Positions 53,360 to 64,000 of a stretch of 64,000 nucleotides of DNA are shown in pieces; positions within the stretch are counted from its first letter, which is position 1; the number at the start of each line of letters is the position of its first letter. Both the position numbers and the translations under genes were made by a program. This stretch comes from Macrostomum lignano (lineage: Eukaryota). The notes under the pieces are model-generated. The model made no database searches. It saw only the letters and a program-made list of their open reading frames with translations, and was not told the DNA's origin. Where the stretch lies: positions 1-64,000 of the forward strand of contig NIVC01004007.1 of NCBI GenBank assembly GCA_002269645.1. The letters run 5' to 3'.

Positions 53360-56300
53360 TCACTTTCGCCTGCTTTCAGACCGACTTACTGGGCTGCGGC
53401 TGCGGTCCCGATCGCGCCTGCTTGGCCGGTCTTTCTTCTCCTTTTCCTTTTCCTTCTCCTTTTCCTTTTCCTTCTCCTTGTCTTTCTTGCTGCGTTTGGC
53501 TTTCTTTTTCTTCTTTTTATCCTTTTTCTCTTTGTCTTTCCGCTCCTTTTTAGCCGCTTTTTTAGCCGCCTTTTTAGCCTTCTTCGACTCTGAATCCGAA
53601 TCGGAGTCGGAATCCTCGGACTCCGAGTGCAGGTAGGGCAGCGCCGAGGCGCCGGCTGCTCCAGAGCCGCTGGCGGCGGCGTCGCGGCCGCGGTCGATTT
53701 TTAACGCGCTTCGCATCAGCTCCGCCTGCTGCTGTCTGGCCGCTTGGATTTCGTGCGTACCCTTAGCAACCAGCCGGCCAGTCTCGGCGTCCTTAGCAAC
53801 TGAAGGAAATATTTGCTTACCAGTGCTGGCGGCCGCTTCCTGTTGCTGCTTCTGGTTTTGCTCGTCTTCGACGGCGAGAAATTTTCGGAAATTCGACACC
53901 TTCTGGCGAATTTCCTCGGCGCTGAAGCTGTGGAAGATTTGTTTGAATAGTTGCATGGAGTTTTCTGGATATAGGAACAAACAAGTGCTGTCTAAAGTGC
54001 TTTAATAGTGCAGCAGCTCACTGAAGGATCACAGGGGGTTGGGGGGTGCAGCAGCTCACTGAAGTATCACAGGGGGTTGGGGGTGCAGCAGCTCACTGAA
54101 GAATCACAGGGGGTTGGGGGTGCAGCAGCTCACTGAAGAATCACAGGGGGTTGGGGGGTGCAGCAGCTCAGTGAAGGATCACAGGGGGTTAGGGGTGCAG
54201 CAGCTCAGTGAAGAATCACAGGGGGTTGGGGGTGCAGCAGCTCAGTGAAGGATCACAGGAGGTTGGGGGATGCAGCAGCTCACTGAAAGATCACAGGGGG
54301 TTGGGGGTGCAGCAGCTCACTGAAGAATCACAGGGGGTTGGGGATGCAGCAGCTCACTGAAGAATCACAGGGGGTTGGGGGTGCAGCAGCTCACTGACGA
54401 ATCACAGGGGGTTGGGGGTGCAGCAGCTCACTGACGAATCACAGGGGGTTGGGGGTGCAGCAGCTCACTGAAGAATCACAGGGGGTTGGGGGTGCAGCAG
54501 CTCACTGAAGAATCACAGGGGGTTGGGGATGCAGCAGCTCACTGAAGAATCACAGGGGGTTGGGGATGCAGCAGCTCACTGACGAATCACAGGGGGTTGG
54601 GGGTGCAGCAGCTCAGTGAAGGATCACAGGAGGTTGGGGGATGCAGCAGCTCACTGAAAGATCACAGGGGGTTGGGGGGTGCAGCAGCTCACTGAAGAAT
54701 CACAGGGGGTTGGGGATGCAGCAGCTCACTGAAGAATCACAGGGGGTTGGGGGGTGCAGCAGCTCACTGACGAATCACAGGGGGTTGGGGTGCAGCAGCT
54801 CACTGACGAATCACAGGGGGTTGGGGGTGCAGCAGCTCACTGAAGAATCACAGGGGGTTGGGGGTGCAGCAGCTCACTGAAGAATCACAGGGGGTTGGGG
54901 ATGCAGCAGCTCACTGAAGAATCACAGGGGGTTGGGGATGCAGCAGCTCACTGACGAATCACAGGGGGTTGGGGGTGCAGCAGCTCAGTGAAGAATCACA
55001 GGGGGTTGGGGGTGCAGCAGCTCACTGAAGAATCACAGGGGGTTGGGGGTGCAGCAGCTCACTGAAGAATCACAGGGGGTTGGGGATGCAGCAGCTCACT
55101 GAAGAATCACAGGGGGTTGGGGGTGCAGCAGCTCACTGACGAATCACAGGGGGTTGGGGGTGCAGCAGCTCACTGACGAATCACAGGGGGTTGGGGGTGC
55201 AGCAGCTCACTGAAGAATCACAGGGGGTTGGGGGGTGCAGCAGCTCACTGAAGTATCACAGGGGGTTGGGGGTGCAGCAGCTCACTGAAGAATCACAGGG
55301 GGTTGGGGGTGCAGCAGCTCACTGAAGAATCACAGGGGGTTGGGGGTGCAGCAGCTCACTGAAGAATCACAGGGGGTTGGGGGGTGCAGCAGCTCAGTGA
55401 AGGATCACAGGGGGTTGGGGGTGCAGCAGCTCACTGACGAATCACAGGGGGTTGGGGGTGCAGCAGCTCAGTGATGGATCACAGGAGGTTGGGGGATGCA
55501 GCAGCTCACTGAAGAATCACAGGGGGTTGGGGGATGCAGCAGCTCACTGAAGAATCACAGGGGGTTGGGGGTGCAGCAGCTCACTGAAGAATCACAGGGG
55601 GTTGGGGGGTGCAGCAGCTCACTGACGAATCACAGGGGGTTGGGGGTGCAGCAGCTCACTGACGAATCACAGGGGGTTGGGGGTGCAGCAGCTCACTGAA
55701 GAATCACAGGGGGTTGGGGGTGCAGCAGCTCACTGAAGAATCACAGGGGGTTGGGGATGCAGCAGCTCACTGAAGAATCACAGGGGGTTGGGGGGTGCAG
55801 CAGCTCAGTGAAGGATCACAGGGGGTTGGGGGTGCAGCAGCTCAGTGAAGGATCACAGGGGGTTGGGGGTGCAGCAGCTCAGTGATGGATCACAGGAGGT
55901 TGGGGGATGCAGCAGCTCACTGAAGAATCACAGGGGGTTGGGGGATGCAGCAGCTCACTGAAGAATCACAGGGGGTTGGGGGTGCAGCAGCTCACTGAAG
56001 AATCACAGGGGGTTGGGGGGTGCAGCAGCTCACTGAAGTATCACAGGGGGTTGGGAGATGCAGCAGCTCACTGAAGAATCACAGGGGGTTGGGGGTGCAG
56101 CAGCTCACTGAAGAATCACAGGGGGTTGGGGGGTGCAGCAGCTCACTGAAGTATCACAGGGGGTTGGGGATGCAGCAGCTCACTGAAGAATCACAGGGGG
56201 TTGGGGGTGCAGCAGCTCACTGAAGAATCACAGGGGGTTGGGGGGTGCAGCAGCTCAGTGAAGGATCACAGGGGGTTGGGGGTGCAGCAGCTCAGTGAAG

Positions 56301-56722
56301 GATCACAGGGGGTTGGGGGTGCAGCAGCTCAGTGAAGGATCACAGGAGGTTGGGGGTGCAGCAGCTCAGTGAAGGAGCACAGGGGTTGGGGGTGCCTATT
56401 GGTACCTTCAAAAAAGCAACAGAAAACAAATTCCCAGATAACATGAAAGCCTCACCAACTGCGATGCCGACAGATGGACTCACCCTTGCTCCTCCATTAG
56501 ATCCTCCATCTCAGCACATTTTAGTTCAATTTTTCGCTTCCTCTCGTGCTCGAGAATCTCCTTATTTGGCTCTTTAAACATCAGCTCGTCGGCTTTGCGC
56601 AATTCGGCTTCGCTTTTGTAATCAACTCGCTCTTTGGCTCGCTTTACAAAGGCAATGTTGCGCTGCACGTAGCCATTGGTGCCGCTGCCACGCGGCGTAG
56701 TCAGACCAATTCCATTGTACAT
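53360..56722 (-). CDS. CWC21: CWC21/SRRM2 (SRm300)-like pre-mRNA splicing factor, 268 aa; exons 56722-56484 and 53927-53360
   Basis: Diagnostic MYNGIGLTTPRGSGTNGYVQRN, cwf21 domain EILEHERKRKIELKC..EEQG|FSAEEIRQKV, and K-rich/RS tail. Donor GTGAGT, acceptor TTCCACAG, phase 2. Confidence 0.93.
54006..56395. repeat. Minisatellite, 37-38 bp unit GCAGCAGCTCACTGAAGAATCACAGGGGGTTGGGGGT, filling the CWC21 intron
   Basis: About 63 tandem units. Confidence 0.98.
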
Positions 56723-57050
56723 TGCGCTGCATGCATAAAATAAGCATCCAGATGATAATGCGGTGATCACTTGTCATGCAGACTAATTAAAAAATAATAG
56801 ATTCAGATGCATTTAGCCTAATAAAAACCCCATAAGCTCCTTTATTGATAAGGCATTATATATTAACATTATAAAGTGTAATTTAAACTTAAAGTGAAAT
56901 ATGGCTTAGAAGCAATTTCTTGCCAATAATAATGCAAAAGAATAAGCAATGTCTTTTTACAAGTACAAGCCAATTTTTTCTGTCCTTATACAATCTGCCA
57001 TACATATTCTAATTCTGGTTGCTTTAACTGATGGTTCATATATATGCTTA

Positions 57051-57397
57051 CTGGGTTTTTTGGCCATATGGGGTTTTTAGGCCCTTTGAAAATCTCATTG
57101 GCAACTGGATTTTTGGCATCAGAGGCCAATCTGGCAACTTCATTTTTCCCATGCCAGTTGCCAATTTCAAAAATGATTTTGTAAGTGTAATAAAAGTGCC
57201 ATATGAATCAATATGATGGAATTGTTGGTCTATTATTGTTAGTATCACATATTACTCAAAATTTAGTTTAAATGATAATTTATGAATTTGTGGTTTTTAG
57301 TCATTAATTGTTATCCATTCTCAAGAATTTGGCTAGTTGCCAATAGGCAACCAAAAATAGCCATTGGCAACTGGATTTCCAACCTTAAAAAACCCAG
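57051..57397. mobile_element. 347-bp hAT-like MITE with 8-bp TSD TATGCTTA
   Basis: TIR CTGGGTTTTTT / AAAAAACCCAG; TSD at 57043-57050 and 57398-57405; repeated subterminal GGCAAC/GTTGCC motifs. Confidence 0.85.
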
Positions 57398-59069
57398 TAT
57401 GCTTATGCTATATGCTGCATATACCAACTTGGGTACATTCTATATATGTTAGAATTTATTGCCATAATGTATACCTTGTTAACTATGGTCACAATGCAAG
57501 TCTAAGTCATTCTATCAAATGGTCATTTTATCAAAATATTGGCTTTCAAAAAATTGACACCTGAATTGCTTTAGCAACTAAACAGTGGTATGATACTGCC
57601 TTAGGCTCTTTTCAAAAATATTCTACTGATCTGTGCTATTTGCAAATGTATTTTTGGTATTTAAATTTGAATTTGAAATTTGAACTTTGAACTTGGGACA
57701 AAGAAGACATTATTGGTGCACTCAACTATATAGCTTATATTATATAAGGTATTTTTCAAGCAATAAGGTTTAGTCTTAGCTGATTTCTTTGCAACTAAAA
57801 GATCAACATTTTTGGGATTCCCTTTTTTGTTATACTACATGTAAAACATGCTTTGGCACAACCTAGGAATTTACATAGCCATTTTATTGGTAATATACAC
57901 ATATAAGTTCCTATTAGACAGAATAATAGTACTATTACTAACTTAAAAATGCATAAAACTATTTCTATATATCTTTTTTTCTATATTCTTATATTATTAT
58001 ATAGCCCTAATAAGTCTAACCAAACTATAGAATAGAAATATGCATGTGTTAACAATATTCAATTGTTTATACAAATGCATTAAAATTCCTTACATTCTAG
58101 ATTTTTGATTGTCAAAATTTTGCTGCCATTTGGCACTTGGGTCCAGGTGCTAATTGGCACTTATTCAATTTTTAGTTGAACCATTTAATGCTCAATTTTT
58201 ATCTTAATCTTTATCATTATAGATAACCCTAAAATTCTTAGAAAAAAATTAAAATAATTGTTAGACTATAATAACTTTTTTTTCTTACAAAAGTTAAGAT
58301 AAGACTATAGCTATGCATACTATATTTTAATGATCTCTTCTTTATCATAGAAATATATCCATTTTGGCACTATGGGTCTAAATTTAAGGTGCCAAATAAA
58401 ATTCTGAAGTGACATGGCAACCATCTCTACATATAAAAAATCAAAACTTTTGGTATAAAAACCTAGTTTTTATTATAGTTAAAACATCTTTATTGCAATC
58501 AATGCATAGCAATTATATATATGGCATATGATAGAAAGAGAAAGAGAAAAAGAGGGCCTACAAGGATATACAAAGAAGTATAAAAATATACAAGGGAAGG
58601 ATATATATCTAATATAAAAAATAAGGATATCTAACATAGTTCTAGTCTAGACATTTGCAATAAAAAAGATATGCAAATAAAACATTGATAGAAACTGATA
58701 GATTCATATTATTCAATATTTAACAGTTTTTAAAAAAATATATTAATATTATAAATTTATACTTATACTTATTTTAAAAAAGTTATATGAGCATAAAATA
58801 TAATTTTATAAATTAAATTCATATTATATATGATATATATTTTAGTAAAGGCAATACTATTATCAAAAAGCTAAATATAACCTAATGTGCTAATACTATA
58901 TAAATATTATAAATATATTACGCAAGCATAATTAACATTATAGACAAAATAGTCTAGAATTATATACTATAATGTGATGGCCAGACTGTATGCAACCGGT
59001 AACACTAACTGCAGCCACACTGAAACCCCCCCCCAACCTCTGTCTAGCTAAGGTAGGGTAGGTACACAC

Positions 59070-60195
59070 CAAGCTAGCCAGCTTGCTAAGCTAGGAGGGG
59101 GGGGGGTTGGCATAGCCTATCATATATGCCATTCTTTTGTACCTCCCTAGGACCCTCAATATTGCGCTGTTTGTGTAAATAAATATATGTGCAAAGCAGC
59201 ACAAAATATTTGCTGCCATTACATCTATTGAACTAAAAGGCCTTCCACCTCATTGGTAAGCCCAATGTGGAATGCTGGGCCTACCTAGTTGGCCCTGTGC
59301 AGTCCTGGCAGCCAGCCGCTTGGCCAACTACAATAGCAGCAATAGCAACCTAGCAGCACTGCAGCCTAGCAGCACTATAGCCCAGCAGCATCACAGCCTA
59401 GCAACATTGCAACCTAGCAGCATTGCAGCCTAGCAGCACCATAGCCTAGCAACATTGCAACCTAGCAGCATTGCAGCCTAGCAGCACCATAGCCTAGCAA
59501 CATTGCAACCTAGCAGCACTGCAACCTAGCAGCACTGTAGCCTAGCAGCACTATAGCCTAGTAGCATTGCAGCCCCATAGCCCAGCAGCACCATAGTCTA
59601 GTAGCATCACAGACCAGCAGCACTGCAGCCCAGCAGCACCATAGTCTAGTAGCATTGCAGCCCAGCCACACTGTAGCCCAGTAGCATCGCAGCCTAGTAG
59701 CATTGCAGCCCTATAGCACCATAGCCTAGTAGCACTGCAGCCCTGCAGTACCATATCCCAGTAGCACTGCAGCCCAACAGTACCATAGCCCAGTAGCACT
59801 AGATACCAACTCCTACACCAACTCCAGACACCAACCCCAGACCAGCCTAGCAGCACCATAGCCCAGTAGCACTGTAGCCCCATAGCCCAGTAACACCATA
59901 GTCTAATAGCATTGCAGCCTAGTAGCACTGCAGCCCAGCAACATCATAGCCTAGCAACACTGTAGCCCAGCAGCACTGTAGCCCAGCAACACCATAGCCT
60001 AGCAGCTACAACAGTTTTGTATAGCTGGCTTGCTAAGCTAGGAGAGTTGGCATAGCCTATCATGCCATGCCACCTTTTTGCACTTCCCTAGGCCTTTTAA
60101 TATCACACTGTTTGTGTAAATAAATATATGCGCAAAGTAGCGCAAAATCTTTGCTGCCATTATATCTATTGAACTAAAAGGCCTTCTGCCTCAAT
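59070..60195. repeat. Pair of ~170-bp diverged direct repeats (59070-59250, 60020-60195) flanking a 16-bp-unit array (59340-60005)
   Basis: Shared CTTGCTAAGCTAGGAG..TTGGCATAGCCTATCAT..TTTGTGTAAATAAATATATG..ATCTATTGAACTAAAAGGCCTTC; inner unit CYAGYARCAYYRYARC. Confidence 0.9.
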
Positions 60196-61384
60196 AGTCA
60201 AATAGGCAAAGATATGAAGTTTTATACAAAATCATTAAGAAATTTTTTATAAATATAAAATATACATATTTTTTATAAACTTAAATATAATTTAGTCTTA
60301 GAAAATATGCATTTGATATGCAATTACTAAAAAAATATTTTGATTAAGTTAAGAAAATCTCTTTATTAAAACTTATTAAGCATTAGAGAGGTAATGCAAA
60401 CAAAATCTACCATATGTAGCTAATGCATTAATGCACTGCAGGAAAAAACATTGGAGGCAAACCTTGGCAGAAAAAAACTTGGCAGGCAATTCTAGCCTAG
60501 GTAGACAAATCACCACAGGCAATTTACTTATGGGCAAAATGCACTATAGGCAAATCTTGGCAAGAAAAGCTTGGCAGTCAATTTGTCTATAGGCAATTCT
60601 CATAGAACCAGTATAGCTACTAGCAATATATGGCCAACAATAGTTTAGAAAAAACAACTAGGGGGCCTAGAACTCTATGCTTATTTATTTTCTTATAAGT
60701 TATACTTCAACAATATTCATTAAAAAAAAACTTAAATATATATAGGCTAGATCATTTCATTGGATTGAATACAATAATCAATATTAATATTATATTATAA
60801 ACATATTATATATTTGAAACTATAGTCAGGATGATGTATATTATGCCAGAAATTTCCGGCGTACAATTGGCATAAAAAATATATTTGGTGTACCTTTTGG
60901 TGTGATGCCATGTTGTAAATACACCAAGCAGCATATGCCAACTCCAACCTTCACGTCAAAGTTAATATTAACAATTGTTGGCATAATGCCGTAACCTCAG
61001 AATCTTATTAGAAAATCATAAAAACCATAAAACTAGTAAGCAAAGATGAAAGTTCATAACTGTTTATGATTTATAAAAATTTAAAATTCCACGCAAACTA
61101 TTCGTGTTGATTTTCTAAAAAAACTTAAACAAAAAATTGATTTTTGTTGGCATTATCTGTAAGCCAATTTACTTTAAAGGAAAACCACACATTTGTTAAA
61201 TTTTTATTGTTAAAAATGTATAACACGCAAAAAAGGTCATTTATTGTCACAAAGCCTAGAAAACCTAGCGTAAGTTCCTTGGACCTTGGCATACATTTCA
61301 GTATAAAGTGGCGTAGATTTTTTTAGGGGACTTTTTATTCCAGCGTATACCATGACATGATCTTGACTATGGGTTTAAAATAGG

Positions 61385-61493
61385 CTATCCTGTAGTTTCG
61401 CACGTTAAATTATTTTACGGAATTATTTCGCCCTCTATTCAAGGGTGGTGGGGGGGTGGGGGTAATAATTTAACGTGCGAAACTACAGGATAG
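61385..61493. mobile_element. Small element with perfect 30-bp inverted repeats (MITE-like)
   Basis: CTATCCTGTAGTTTCGCACGTTAAATTATT (61385-61414) and its exact reverse complement (61464-61493). Confidence 0.7.
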
Positions 61494-64000
61494 GCTTAAA
61501 ATAATTTAAATACATTTCCAAGTATAAATTAAAATGGTATATTTTACTCTACACTCTTTTCTAGACTGTGTAGGCCTATTAGGGGTGGGGTCTTAGTTCA
61601 AAATTGAAATACATATTAATTAAAATTATCTAAATGATATAAAAATTTTATAAAAAGGCCTAGCTTTATATTAATTAGGCCTAGTTTAATTGCAATTTGA
61701 AAATCTGTTTTTTTAAGTAAATGACCTATTGAATACTTTTTGATAATATTTAACCAATTATGCCATAGTAAGTAGAGGTTTTGGCTTGAAATTTGATTAT
61801 TGAATTGATTTCCTAAATTAATAATTTTTGTTTCAAGACAAGACAATAATATAATAATTAAGACCAAAGGCAAGGCTTCTGTCAGTCTCAGTACAGTAGT
61901 CCAATTTTTTAAGCTTGCTTTAGTCATTTAGCTAATGTTGCAAATAAACTTAACTAGTGTCATTACTGTGCTCTTATTTTTATGTAGTGTAAGGACAGTA
62001 GGCCCTATAGGCCGAAGGACTATGCTTATGCGGCTATGGCCTATGGGTTCTTTTCATTGAAGCATGTCGTTGTCGATTCTATTAATCTACGTTTTGCAAG
62101 TCCTAAAAGGCTTGTTCACACCGCAATAAAAATAACCAAATTCAATGTGGTCGCACCGTTTGTATACAAAATTTGATTTCTTTTTTACATTGATCGTGTA
62201 AATGGTCATTGGTTTGCTTATTCGAGACTTTTCGCATAATTAGCTCGAATTTCGTAGAAAGTTGTATTGAACGAAATTACCGGAAAATAAAAAATAGTTT
62301 TAAATTTTTCTAGCTTTTATCACCTTGCGTAAAAACTGTTTCATCCAATTTTTTTCGTTGAGTTTTACATTTAAAAGATGACCATTGTTAGAATATCCTG
62401 ATGCCTAATTCTCACTGGTAGACTCGGTAAAGCAAACAACATTATTATTTTATTTAGATAGCTAGCCTGCTTTCATCACAAGTGGTTAAAAACCTGTGCT
62501 CTTATTTCAATCTTGCTTTGAGGCTCGCAGTAGAGGTCTGTAGATGCAGTGAGAGGTATTTAAGGCAAAAAAACTAGGTTTCGTGATTCATACTTTGTTA
62601 TGCTGAGACTAAAAAAATAGTAAAAAGCAAAAGAAGGCCTATACACTCATAGATGGCACTCTTGATTCCTATAGAGATGTGAAAAAATTCCATAATATTG
62701 TGACAGTGTAATTCATAGAATCATCTGATCGTACTTCCTTATCTCGCATTGCATGCATACTACGTACTTGTATTTTTAAATTTATTTTAACAATATTCTA
62801 TACGCATTATTATTGCGCTAATGTTACAGTTAATTGCTTTGTTTTTGTAGCCTCGTATGTATTTATTCTATTAGTTGTATTTCATTCATATCGTTATTAT
62901 TTCTCGTACAGTAGATCTACCTATGTACATGTACTGGCGTATGTTATTCTTACCCGATATATTAATTAATCGATTAATTTGTACAAGTACATTTCCCGCC
63001 GCGTGAGGGGTTTGTCTGGATTTTGGATTAGGGATGTTGTTTGTTATCTGTTTACCTTACAATTAAATATACGCTTGCAGTCAGCCGCCGCTCTCTCCTT
63101 CTCTCCTGGGTTTTCGCTCCGCTTCTCGCGGGCCCTTAGCCGTCGCATTCAATTGCTTTAGTCGCACTAAAATTAAGCAGCTACCAATCCAAACCTAACA
63201 TTTAATTAAACATACCAAATCTGATATCTGCAATTTACGCTAAGGGAAGTCAGCTGCTGGCTCTAGATTATTAAATTTAACCGCTACACAAGTCGTACGT
63301 CTTCCCGCCTTTATTCGTCACAATATATTATATTTTCATTAGCATATCCACATCGTTTATCATCTTTAATCATTAGATTTAGAAGGTTTAAGTATATCAA
63401 GTTTTACACGTAGCTTCACAGAGATATTGCTCACAAGACGAATTCAAAAAGCGAAAATAACTTCATGGACGTTTTGATCTTAATAAAACTGTGATAGCAG
63501 GCATTTAACGCGCTGCAATTTATTCATTAAAAGCTTACTAAACAAGTTTTTTGATTTGTTTTATTTAATGCTTTTTAAATTAAAATCTACGACAATTTGG
63601 CTTTTCAACAAAACGAGAAACAAAATAAGACAAAGTTCAGTGGTACAATACTCAGCATGTAATGTATATAAGTTTTGTTTCTATATCTAATTAGAACGAG
63701 TATAGACTCTTCTTTAACGTGTAGATTTTGTTTTTACTAAAAACGTTTTCTTTGCTTAGCAATTTCTTTAAAAAAACACTTTTACAATTTTTTGTGTAAT
63801 TATCAGCTTATGGTAACCTCACTTAAGTCCCTACAAATGGCTACAATAAGCTGCGGACCATGAACCTTTTTAAGTTGTGCAAGTTTGTCAAAAATGTGCG
63901 TGCAAGTGTGCAAATTTTTTCAGACATGCACAGAATGTGCCAAGATTTTATCTCATTTATAAAATTCCATCCTGGTAGGTAGCGATAATAATGATTGTAG

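Noticed and set aside
54006-56395. Hammerhead core CUGANGA (CTGAAGA/CTGACGA) in each unit
   Set aside because: No downstream stem II-GAAA and no pairing arms, so it does not fold as a hammerhead ribozyme.

Overview
Eukaryotic (animal) genomic DNA, not prokaryotic. GC-rich exons full of poly-Q/A/G tracts, GT-AG introns and minisatellite-packed introns suggest the free-living flatworm Macrostomum lignano or a relative (inference). Host genes: (i) a 13-exon minus-strand DMXL1/2 (rabconnectin-3 alpha) gene at 19423-51322, about 3,170 codons once two 1-nt frameshifts are repaired; (ii) a two-exon CWC21/SRRM2-like splicing factor (53360-56722, minus); (iii) a five-exon calmodulin-like gene (13532-16577, plus); (iv) a single-exon secreted two-Kazal protein with an Asn/Tyr/Arg-rich linker (8430-8972, minus); (v) a partial orphan Q/G-rich gene at the left edge. 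Nearly every larger intron carries its own minisatellite. DMXL intron 1 instead holds a nested TE cluster: a near-intact DD37E (TRT-type) Tc1 element, an R1/LOA-type LINE 5' fragment interrupted by a fold-back MITE with an 8-bp TSD, and a coiled-coil-BEN pseudogene interrupted by a 5'-truncated LINE with a 13-bp TSD. Two SINE families are present (tRNA-Met-like head; CORE/MIR-like). Most notable observations: a CpG-free, transition-hypermutated (RIP-like) block at about 56.8-60.9 kb; one minisatellite family present in inverted orientation in DMXL introns 5 and 11 (possible long RNA duplex or circRNA); a satellite born from a SINE tail; and recurrent 1-nt deletions in short homopolymers, which may be assembly errors. 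All alignments and counts were made by eye, and repeat boundaries are approximate.
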